From positions 1 through 45,048 of the forward strand of contig JAYZEG010000026.1 in NCBI GenBank assembly GCA_036337435.1: a DNA stretch of 45,048 nt, read 5' to 3'. Every line of letters starts with the position of its first letter. Within the stretch, counting starts at the first letter, position 1. Positions 32,573-41,257 of this stretch are shown in pieces. The notes beneath the pieces are model-generated. The model saw only the letters and a program-made list of their open reading frames with translations. It was not told the DNA's origin and did not search any database. The position numbers were made by a program, and so were the translations under genes. The DNA comes from Myxococcota bacterium (lineage in GTDB: Bacteria; Myxococcota_A; Bradymonadia; UBA7976; UBA1532).

Positions 32573-34678
32573 TTACCGAACAACAGACCCACTCTCACTG
32601 TCTGCACGAATCGGAACGAGACGGCCAGTCCGGTCCTCAGCCATCAAGAGCATGCCCTGGCTTTCGAAACCAAAGATCTTACGCGGAGCCAGGTTGGCGA
32701 CGACCACAACGGTTTTTCCGACCAAATCCTCAGGTTCCATATGTTGTGCGACACCAGCGAGGATCTGTCTCGTCTCAAACCCAAGGTCTACTTGAGTCCG
32801 AATCAACTTTTTACTTTTCGGAACCGCTTCAGCGTCCAACACGGTGCCGATTCGTAGATCGATTTTGGCGAAGTCATCGAAGGCGATCGTCTCCGCCAAG
32901 GGGTCGAAATCGACCTCTTCGTCGCCGGATGTCTCCTCGGGCTGACTCCTGCTAACCAGCGATGCCGTTTCCGCCTCAACTTGCTCGTTGGTCAATTTCG
33001 TGAACAGGATGCCCGCAGCACCTAACTGGTGCCCGGATTCCAAAAGTGTCCGTCCAGCATCATCCCAAATTAGCGTTCCGTCTCCCCCCTTCTTCGCGCT
33101 GTCGACAAGGCCTTCGAGTTCCAGCATCGCCCTCAACTGAGACATGGAAAACGGAAGGAAGGGATCAAATAAAATGGACAGACTGGCCATGATCTGAAGT
33201 GAAACATGGATGGTATTCGCGCACTGCTGTGGGTCGGTCTTTCGGGTCGCCCATGGTTGACTATCGTTGAAGTATTTATTGCCGAGCCGTGCAAGCGACA
33301 TGGCCTCATCCAAAGCATCACGGAATCGATAATTAGCCAACATCTGACCAACCCGAATTGGGAAACCGGCAAGTGCATCCAAAGTCTCAGTATCGAGTTC
33401 TGACGGATTAAGTAGGGAAGGCACCGTGCCATCGAAATGCTTTTTAGCAAATGAAAATGCCCGGTTGACAAAGTTGCCCAACGTGTCAGCCAGTTCGTTG
33501 TTGATGGCCGCCTGCAAACCCTCCCAAGAAAAGTCAGAGTCGCGTGTCTCGGGCATCACCTTCGTGAGTCCGTATCGCAAATAGTCAGCAGGATATTTTT
33601 CCAAGAATTCATGAAGCCAGACTGCGACCCCCCGACTGGTCGATGTCTTCATCCCCCTCAGATTTAGGAATTCATTTCCAGGCACGTTATCGGGCAGGAC
33701 ATAATCCCCTTTTAAATGAAGCATGGCCGGAAAAATCACGCAGTGAAAAACGATGTTGTCTTTGCCGATAAAATGAATCAACCGACTGTTATCGTCCTTC
33801 CAATACCGGGTCCATGCGTCTGGGTCGCCTTGCTCTTTGGCCCACTCGCGGGTCATCGAAATATACCCCAGTGGCGCATCAAACCAGACGTACATGACTT
33901 TTCCACTGGCATCGACACCTTCTTGCTCGGCAGCTGCTTTAGGCACAGGTACGCCCCAAGGCAAATCGCGTGTCATCGCCCTCTTTGCTAAACCTTCTTG
34001 AAGCCAGGATTTGACCTGTCCCCGCACATTCGGTTTCCAATGGTCCTTACTCGCGATCCACTCTTCTAACCATGGCTGGACCTCGTCCAATGGGAGATAC
34101 CAATGAGCCGTCTTCCTCAATTCTGGCGTCGCATTGGTGATGGCTGACCGGGGATTAAGCAACTCTCTTGGACTCAACGTTTGCCCACAGCGTTCGCATT
34201 GGTCTCCATATGCATCGTCGTATTCGCACTTCGGGCACGTGCCGCGGACAAACCTGTCCGCCAAAAAAAGACCCGCCTCCGGATCGAACAGCTGCTCTTG
34301 TGTCTCCACTTGAAAGACATTCTTCTCGGCCAGGTCGGCAAAAAACGCCTGGCTTGTCTCCGCATGCATTTCGCTTGTGGTACGCCCATAGAAGTCGAAG
34401 CTGACGCCGAGCCCCTCGAATGCATCGGCCATCATCTGATTGTAACGGTCTACGACAACCTGCGGGTCAACATCTTCGGATCGCGCCCGCAGCATAATCG
34501 GTACACCATGCTCATCGGACCCACAAATATGGAGAACGTCTTCACGCTGCAGACGCATGTAGCGGACAAAAATATCGGCGGGTAAATAGACGCCCGCAAC
34601 ATGTCCGATGTGGATTGGCCCATTCGCGTACGGCAGAGCCGACGTGACCATGAATCTTTTGTTGGCCGTTTCTGACAT
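32573..34678 (-). CDS. metG: Methionine--tRNA ligase with C-terminal tRNA-binding domain
   Basis: ALPYANGPIHIGH, Zn knuckle CPKC...CERC, YVWFDA, IGKDNIVFH, KMSKS-like KTSTS, C-terminal OB-type domain (FAKIDLRIG...NLAPRKIFGFESQGM). Confidence 0.97.
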   Translation of the reverse strand: MSETANKRFMVTSALPYANGPIHIGHVAGVYLPADIFVRYMRLQREDVLHICGSDEHGVPIMLRARSEDVDPQVVVDRYNQMMADAFEGLGVSFDFYGRTTSEMHAETSQAFFADLAEKNVFQVETQEQLFDPEAGLFLADRFVRGTCPKCEYDDAYGDQCERCGQTLSPRELLNPRSAITNATPELRKTAHWYLPLDEVQPWLEEWIASKDHWKPNVRGQVKSWLQEGLAKRAMTRDLPWGVPVPKAAAEQEGVDASGKVMYVWFDAPLGYISMTREWAKEQGDPDAWTRYWKDDNSRLIHFIGKDNIVFHCVIFPAMLHLKGDYVLPDNVPGNEFLNLRGMKTSTSRGVAVWLHEFLEKYPADYLRYGLTKVMPETRDSDFSWEGLQAAINNELADTLGNFVNRAFSFAKKHFDGTVPSLLNPSELDTETLDALAGFPIRVGQMLANYRFRDALDEAMSLARLGNKYFNDSQPWATRKTDPQQCANTIHVSLQIMASLSILFDPFLPFSMSQLRAMLELEGLVDSAKKGGDGTLIWDDAGRTLLESGHQLGAAGILFTKLTNEQVEAETASLVSRSQPEETSGDEEVDFDPLAETIAFDDFAKIDLRIGTVLDAEAVPKSKKLIRTQVDLGFETRQILAGVAQHMEPEDLVGKTVVVVANLAPRKIFGFESQGMLLMAEDRTGRLVPIRADSESGSVVR

Positions 34679-34910
34679 TGTAGTTCACCAAACCCCTGCA
34701 AACAGACCTGTGTGATAACCGATAAGCAGCCGACCGGGTATAAAAAAACACCACCACCGCACTTAACCCCGTAAGCGTGTTTGCACAATGGGCCACACCG
34801 ATGGGTCTACAACAAAATTCAACCAGGAAAGGCACAGCAGTAAAAAAGTGGGAGTAGTCAACCCACAAGCTATTGTATGCTGCAGCGAATGGTCTTTTGG
34901 GGGTAACGGA

Positions 34911-37619
34911 TTGAAAGTACATGCCTGCATCGTTTTCTTCGCATTATTAACTGTTTACGGTTGCGATGATCCCGCCCCCCCTGCCAGGGATAATCCAGAC
35001 GCCAGAGTCGAGCCAGATGTTCAAATGTTTGAACCGGATGCCATGGTGGCCCCTGATCTCGCTATCGATATGGCGGTCATCCCCACAGATGCGGCCCCAC
35101 TTCCCCGAGTGCCTGCTGCCGTTGAAACGTCGATCGCAGTGAACGAGACTGTGGCCGGTGCCACCCAACGAGTCACCTGCACGGTCGTAGATGCCGACGG
35201 TGCCATCATCGAAGATACGAGAACCCGAATCGACATACGCCCATCCATCGGCTGGTCGATTGTCGAGGGCGAAGAACAGACTTACGTGGGGCAGAGTGCC
35301 CAAACCTATCAGGTTCGCTGCATTGCAAGCCAACTTGGATTACAAGATGACACCCCAGCCCAATGGCAGGTGTCAGCGGGTCCGTCGACTCGGCTGAGGG
35401 CAAAGGTCGAGCCAGCCACCATCACAGCCGGCGAATCAGCGTCGACGCTCTGCGAAGGCGAAGACAGCTATGGCAATCCAACAGATGTCTCCCAGGTTGG
35501 CTTCATCTCGCAGCCAAACAATGTGATGCTCGCAAACGGTCAAGCAACGGGAACGGTAGCGGGTCGCTATCTGATTTCCTGTATCGACGATGGCACCGCC
35601 TCCATCGAGGCGGCCCCGCTTGTCATCGAGCCAAGCACAGCCGTTGACCTCGTGGTCGGTCTCGACCCCCAATTACAGGTATACCCGCTGAACTCAATCC
35701 TGTCGGTCAATGCCTACCTCATCGATGCCTTTGGTAATCGAGTGACTGAACCCGGAGTCGAGTGGTCCATAGAACCGCCTTTACCTGAATTCGGCCCTGG
35801 ACGTTTCCAGCTCAATCAGGAAGGGAATTTTGAATTGACGGTCAGTGCTAACACCGACGAGCAAGTCCTAGAACGCGCCTTTCCAATTCGCGTCGACTCA
35901 TCGGGTCCATCCATCCAGTGCACCGCCCCCAGCGAAGCTGCGATGCTTCGAGTCGGTGACAACGTTGTCCTGCAAGGCCAGGTCAACGACACCAGCGGCA
36001 TCGGCCTGGTCGAAGTCGACGACATCCCAGTTCCCATCGATGCAGCCGGCGCATTTTCGTGGCCGGTCGAACCGGTCCCCGGAGTGAATGTGCACACGGT
36101 CACAGCGCTCGACGAATTTGGCCAAGAAACGCAGGTCATCTGCACCTACTTCGCAGCGGTGGACTATTTACCTGAAGAGGCCCCCCTACCCGATGCCATC
36201 ACATTGGATTTCGCGCCTGCTGCGATAGACGACGGACCGGGTAAAGACCCAATCCGCAGTTTTGCAGACCTTTTTCGATACGTGATAGACTCGCCAGCCT
36301 TAGTCGACATTATGAATCAAGCTGCTGTAGCACAGAATCCAATTATTAATGATCAATGCTTGCAACGATTTCTTGGCATTTGCGTTGCTCGTGCGACTGT
36401 CAATTACCAATCCCTGGCCATTCGCGGCGCACGGACTGTCTCGATGGGCTTATACAACGGGGGCTTACTTCTCGCCGTCCGCTTAGACAATGTGCGGATT
36501 AACGTCCGTGTCAATGGCACGGTGAGTTCGAGCGGATACTTGGAAGCCAATAGTATTGTTGTCGGGGGGCAGTTCGCTCTCGGGCTCAGTGAAGCCGGTG
36601 TTCCTCAGCTGACTCTAGACCCTGCGTCCGCGGTACTCGATGTTGGAAATCTAAGCTCTGATTTCTCCGGGTTCGGCGGATTTCTTATCGACCTCATCTT
36701 CCCAATCATCAGTGGTGACCTAACAGGACAACTCAGTGGCACGCTCGGTGACTTCATCTTCGTCGAACTCGATACGATCTTATCAGGAGCACTTGCCGGC
36801 CTAGACCTATCGGCCTTCAGTTTAGGATTCGACATCGAGTCACCCTCCGGCGATTCGGTCGAAATCGCAATGCCGACCAGCCTGACGACCATGAATGCCA
36901 GCGAAACCAGAATGCGAATCGGGTTGGGAACCAGGGTGACGGGTCCATCGTTAAACCCAAGGCCATCAGCTGGCATTCCCCTCTTTGGCCCCATCGCGGT
37001 GCCTGAGCGAAACGACCCCGGAAGCTTAAGTGCCCTCATCAATCTCGGTTTGGTCAACCAGCTCATGCATGGTCTCTGGCGAGCAAACTTTTTTAATCTT
37101 GATGATGCCGGTGGCCTCCTCGGCGACGATGCCGGTGGCATCGGCTTTGGTTTTAATCTGCTCGTTCCACCGGCTGTCGAACCCATTCCCGGAGAAGACA
37201 GACTTCGTGTCCACTTTGGCCCAGCGCGTGGTTCGCTCACCTACCCAGACCTTTTTGAAGAGCCAATTTCCCTGGTTATGGCGGCAACCTTGACGCTCGA
37301 CGTTCTACTCAGCGACGACGGTGAGCTTCAATTCGGTGCTAATGGACTTCAGTTTGAAACCCTCCGCCTCCTGATCGAAGGCGTCCAAATGGAAGCTGCA
37401 GACCAAGAAGCTTTGGAAGAAGATTTAGGCCAGGTTGTGCAGGCTCTCGCTGGTGGCGCACTCAACCAAGCCCTGCCATCGCTTCCTGTTCCATCCATAA
37501 GCCTGCCTGAAGAACTTGTCGAATACGGCGTGCCAGCGAACACAGTCCTGGGACTGTCGGGGCCGCGACTCAATTTATCACCCACTCACATTCTGCTCGA
37601 TGGAGACCTTGGACAATGA
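34911..37619 (+). CDS. Lipoprotein with Ig-like domains and a predicted BPI/LBP-like (TULIP) C-terminal region
   Basis: Lipobox VYGC-DD (TTG 34911 gives a normal-length signal); Ig-like segments (DSYGN, DAFGN, GVNVHTVTALD); C-terminal region resembles BPI by eye (see findings). The CDS is confident; the fold call is inference. Confidence 0.7.
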   Translation: MKVHACIVFFALLTVYGCDDPAPPARDNPDARVEPDVQMFEPDAMVAPDLAIDMAVIPTDAAPLPRVPAAVETSIAVNETVAGATQRVTCTVVDADGAIIEDTRTRIDIRPSIGWSIVEGEEQTYVGQSAQTYQVRCIASQLGLQDDTPAQWQVSAGPSTRLRAKVEPATITAGESASTLCEGEDSYGNPTDVSQVGFISQPNNVMLANGQATGTVAGRYLISCIDDGTASIEAAPLVIEPSTAVDLVVGLDPQLQVYPLNSILSVNAYLIDAFGNRVTEPGVEWSIEPPLPEFGPGRFQLNQEGNFELTVSANTDEQVLERAFPIRVDSSGPSIQCTAPSEAAMLRVGDNVVLQGQVNDTSGIGLVEVDDIPVPIDAAGAFSWPVEPVPGVNVHTVTALDEFGQETQVICTYFAAVDYLPEEAPLPDAITLDFAPAAIDDGPGKDPIRSFADLFRYVIDSPALVDIMNQAAVAQNPIINDQCLQRFLGICVARATVNYQSLAIRGARTVSMGLYNGGLLLAVRLDNVRINVRVNGTVSSSGYLEANSIVVGGQFALGLSEAGVPQLTLDPASAVLDVGNLSSDFSGFGGFLIDLIFPIISGDLTGQLSGTLGDFIFVELDTILSGALAGLDLSAFSLGFDIESPSGDSVEIAMPTSLTTMNASETRMRIGLGTRVTGPSLNPRPSAGIPLFGPIAVPERNDPGSLSALINLGLVNQLMHGLWRANFFNLDDAGGLLGDDAGGIGFGFNLLVPPAVEPIPGEDRLRVHFGPARGSLTYPDLFEEPISLVMAATLTLDVLLSDDGELQFGANGLQFETLRLLIEGVQMEAADQEALEEDLGQVVQALAGGALNQALPSLPVPSISLPEELVEYGVPANTVLGLSGPRLNLSPTHILLDGDLGQ

Positions 37620-39859
37620 AGCACTCTACACTACTGGCGTTGATGGCCATGAGCGTCGGCGTCCACGGCTGCGATGATTCGCCACCACAGCTGACCCCTC
37701 GACCGGATATGATGATCGCTGTTGATATGGGGTCACTTGAGGACATGGCAATCACCATTCCAGATGCCACCCGTCCCCGAGTTGATGCGGCAGCTGAACC
37801 GCTCGCATGGATCGAAGTAAAAATCAGTCCAACGCGTGCGCTGTATCAAACCGGAATGGATTACGCCATCACTGTCGAGGCGTTTGATCGAGTCGGCCTT
37901 CCAATGCCCCAACCGCCCCTCCAATGGCGTGTCGAGCCGGCGGGAGCGGCGACTGTTACAGATGACCAACTCATTTCTTTCTCCGCCTCCGGTGCCGGCA
38001 CAGTGTACGCCTGCAGCGGTGACGTCTGTGGACAGGTAGGATTTCGAGCCGATGATGGTCCCCCGCGTCTGTCAGTGGCGACGCCGATGCGTGGCGAAAG
38101 TTTCTCCGGACCGGACCAGCAAACCATTATGGTCTCTGGCCAAGTCACCGACCTGAGCCGCAATTCGACGCTCTACTTAAACGGCGAGCCAATCGTCCTC
38201 GATGAGAACGGACAGTTTAACCATGCCGTGGAGGCGGAATTCGGTGTCAATCGAATCGAACTGGTTGCAGATGATGGGATTAGCAACGAGACCACCAGCG
38301 ACACACGTGACATCGTTTGGGCGCCGTCCTACTTGCCTGTCGATGACAATGGTGTCTCTCTAGCAAATGCAGGTCTCATGAGACTCGACCAAGCGTTATT
38401 TGACTCTGACGTTATTGCACCAGCCGCTCAAAATCCAAACGAAGTGACTGTCAATGGTTTAGCGAATTTACTTGAGGTTTTCTTTTCACTTATCGACATT
38501 GCAAGCCTATTGGATGGCGATGCCCTTCTGGGTGATTCCGGCGGAGCCATCTCTATAGATGAAGCTCAACTCGGTCGGGCCGAGGTCGAGTTCTCTGTCA
38601 CCGATACTGGCCTGGAACTGTTTCTGAGGTTTCCAGAGGTCGCCGTGAGGACATCTGGATCTGTAGACCTTCAAGGCCAAGCGATCCCACTCGATGGACA
38701 AATCACCATATCGGTAGCGGCACGTGTCGAGCTCATTTTAACCGTACAAGAGATGTTTGGTGTCGACGTTGGAGACACTGGCGTCGTTGTTGAATCGGTG
38801 GTCGGAGATTTTGAGGCAGCGGGCTTAGGGGCCTTGCTCACCGTCGGTGGCGGTGGAATTTCCGCTGCTATCGAATCCGCATTTGCAGATTTGGTCGATG
38901 GCATCGTGAGAACACAAATCGCTGACTTCACCCGAGATGCACTTCTCGGTCTGTTCGGAGACCTGAGAAACTTGCCTATCCAGTTGGACACGGGTTTCGA
39001 AGGTGTCGCCCCGCTCGATCTTGTCTTGAGTCTCTTTCCTGTAAGTGCAGAACATCGGGCCAACACATGGTCACGCTATGTGCTGGATGGAAGCCTGACC
39101 CATGCTGCGCCCATCGAGCCAAAACAGAATGATCCCGGGGTAGTCCGTCAACTTCCATCCGCTTGGTCTGATCAAGAGGGTGACGGCATTGGAATTGGAC
39201 TTCGTCTCACGTTCTTTAACGCTCTCCTCCACGAGGTTTGGCGTGGCAACCTACTTAATTTATCAATCCCTGCGCCAGCAGGCCTTGAAGCACTCATTGA
39301 AAGTGTGTCTGTTGAGGCCATCCTACCGCCGATTATTGCCCCGAGCCAAGCTCGCGAGGGTGCTCAATTCGAACTGCAAATTGGAGAATTGGTCCTCGGC
39401 GTGAGCGCACCTGGCAACGACGCTGCCGACGAGTTCAGAGTCAGCCTTCGCTCCGGGCTTGCTATTCGCTTTGCTGGCGACAGTCTGGAACTCAGGCTCG
39501 ACGATGTGCCCGATGTCACCGTACAACTTGTCGTCCAGAATTCGGACAGTCCGTTACCGACATCGCTCCTCGTCGTGGCACTTCAGCAACTTGTGTGGGC
39601 TCAAATCAGTGACGCGTTGGTTGGCGGCTTAGATTTCGGACTCGGAACAATCGATATTGACCCAGACGCTCTGGCAGCGTTCGCGCCTCGCATCGAGTCT
39701 ATGGTGGTCGCGCCAGACATTGTCCAACAACCCGGCCCGGACCCGGACCAAATCAGCCTTGAAGGGAGTCTGCTTATCACCTTGGGCCTGGTCCCCGAAA
39801 TGGTGGGCATGAATCCAGAGGATCCCAACCGAGAGAGAGACCCGGGTCGACAGCCATAG
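37616..39859 (+). CDS. Paralogous lipoprotein with Ig-like domains and a predicted BPI/LBP-like (TULIP) C-terminal region
   Basis: ATGA overlap with the upstream gene; lipobox VHGC-DD; shared motifs with the upstream paralogue (DxxGP/DDGPP, GQVxD, GVN, NxLxHxxWRxN, L[VP]PP). Confidence 0.7.
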   Translation: MKHSTLLALMAMSVGVHGCDDSPPQLTPRPDMMIAVDMGSLEDMAITIPDATRPRVDAAAEPLAWIEVKISPTRALYQTGMDYAITVEAFDRVGLPMPQPPLQWRVEPAGAATVTDDQLISFSASGAGTVYACSGDVCGQVGFRADDGPPRLSVATPMRGESFSGPDQQTIMVSGQVTDLSRNSTLYLNGEPIVLDENGQFNHAVEAEFGVNRIELVADDGISNETTSDTRDIVWAPSYLPVDDNGVSLANAGLMRLDQALFDSDVIAPAAQNPNEVTVNGLANLLEVFFSLIDIASLLDGDALLGDSGGAISIDEAQLGRAEVEFSVTDTGLELFLRFPEVAVRTSGSVDLQGQAIPLDGQITISVAARVELILTVQEMFGVDVGDTGVVVESVVGDFEAAGLGALLTVGGGGISAAIESAFADLVDGIVRTQIADFTRDALLGLFGDLRNLPIQLDTGFEGVAPLDLVLSLFPVSAEHRANTWSRYVLDGSLTHAAPIEPKQNDPGVVRQLPSAWSDQEGDGIGIGLRLTFFNALLHEVWRGNLLNLSIPAPAGLEALIESVSVEAILPPIIAPSQAREGAQFELQIGELVLGVSAPGNDAADEFRVSLRSGLAIRFAGDSLELRLDDVPDVTVQLVVQNSDSPLPTSLLVVALQQLVWAQISDALVGGLDFGLGTIDIDPDALAAFAPRIESMVVAPDIVQQPGPDPDQISLEGSLLITLGLVPEMVGMNPEDPNRERDPGRQP

Positions 39860-39874
39860 GGTTGCGTGCAGACT

Positions 39875-41008
39875 TTATCTGGCTGCAACCCCCTGCCTAC
39901 GTCGGCTCTGAGGTAAATTGGGGATAAGGCGCAGCTTAGCCTGCCGACGACTGGCCCGACGTTGCCTCTGTTTTTCGCGGTTTTGACGTGCTCTCAGACG
40001 AGCGGCCTGTGCTTTCATGTGGGCAAGGCCATTTCGACTATGCTGAGTGCCATAGTGTCGATTTCGACCTGCATATCCGGAGGACATCACGAGCATGCTG
40101 GCCGTTGGAGTCTGGGGTCTGACAGGCAAAGGTTGCACCTTGCGGCCCTGAACTTCGCCTGTGTTTGAGCTCGGCTCGCGCTTCATCTCTGGCGCAACCA
40201 TGGCAACCATCGGTGCAGACTTGGTCACACTCTCGACCTGTTGACCATCCAGAGTGGCGGCAAGTTTTTTTCTGAGTGTTTCGTCAGCGATTAAGCGCAG
40301 GTTACCCCGAGACGAACGCGCATAAACACGTAAATGGATGTGGGTGTTATGGCCCTTGAGATGACGAAGTTTCCCCCGTTCTTTCAGTCCCATATGCTTT
40401 GGAAACCAACGCCTGAGGTTTTCATCAGACACCTTTTCGGTCTCCTTCGCATGCTTAAACAGGGCTCTGATAATGGCGGTGTCCGAAAAAAGGTATTCGG
40501 TCTCATCGGATTCAAGAAACGATTTCATTAAGGTCCATGTCCTTGGGACATCGAGATTCTTGGCAGTCGTTCGTTGAAGCCCTTTTGGACTATGGCCTCG
40601 CTTCAAATAATAACCAACGTCAGCATCTCGCCCCGACTGATGTGAGATATGCTTTCTCAAACGCCCACCGAACTGAGTGGACAAATCCCCGATGTGCAGT
40701 TTAGGCGTCCCTGGGTGGCGCGCAGCGACCTTGGCGACGCTCTCTTCGATTAAATTAACCAACTCCGCTGTACCGTAGTTGCGCTTCGGTCTGGATTGAA
40801 TGTATTCACTCGACTGAATCGGGATCCCAAAGGCCAATGCACCCCGACCGGGTCGTCCGAGGCTAATGGTTTCCGATGGGACGGTTCCAAGCCCAATCTG
40901 AATCGCGTGACCCGCGCCCTTGTCACCATAGGCAGAGCCGCAGAGAAGGACCGTGCACAACGTCAACATTGCACTTGTGTAAATTGAAAGTTGTGTAGAG
41001 CGACGCAC
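39875..41008 (-). CDS. Penicillin-insensitive murein endopeptidase (MepA / peptidase M74-like) with Arg-rich C-terminal tail
   Basis: Signal peptide; NYGT, IGDLS..GG, HISHQSGRDADVGYY (H-x6-D Zn ligands), HNTHIH (HxH). Confidence 0.85.
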   Translation of the reverse strand: MRRSTQLSIYTSAMLTLCTVLLCGSAYGDKGAGHAIQIGLGTVPSETISLGRPGRGALAFGIPIQSSEYIQSRPKRNYGTAELVNLIEESVAKVAARHPGTPKLHIGDLSTQFGGRLRKHISHQSGRDADVGYYLKRGHSPKGLQRTTAKNLDVPRTWTLMKSFLESDETEYLFSDTAIIRALFKHAKETEKVSDENLRRWFPKHMGLKERGKLRHLKGHNTHIHLRVYARSSRGNLRLIADETLRKKLAATLDGQQVESVTKSAPMVAMVAPEMKREPSSNTGEVQGRKVQPLPVRPQTPTASMLVMSSGYAGRNRHYGTQHSRNGLAHMKAQAARLRARQNREKQRQRRASRRQAKLRLIPNLPQSRRRQGVAAR

Positions 41009-41046
41009 AGCCTAACCCTTCGCAGTTCAACAACACCCGAATACGA

Positions 41047-41063
41047 TGCAGGCCTTGTGCCAA
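41047..41063 (-). promoter_or_regulatory. Putative sigma54 (-24/-12) promoter of the murein endopeptidase gene
   Basis: Minus strand TTGGCAC-AAGGC-CTGCA has exact GG-N10-GC spacing with one mismatch to TGGCAC-N5-TTGCA. It lies ~40 nt upstream of the GTG, with an AT-rich tract further upstream (~41090-41170). Confidence 0.6.
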
Positions 41064-41257
41064 TCATGCAGCAGACCACCCCACCCAGAAAGAAAACATT
41101 AATACCGAATAATATTATACACTTATAAAAACCCCACTCGAACAAGAGATAAAAACTCAACAAACTTTTATCGTCGCGATGCCGTAATTTTGGCTCTTTT
41201 TGTCAGGCATATGGCATCATTTGACTTGGACGAGACCACAGCCATGGATGCCTTCGC

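Noticed and set aside
34679..34910. SAM riboswitch or T-box upstream of metG
   Set aside because: No recognisable S-box or T-box conserved motifs in this short divergent intergenic region.
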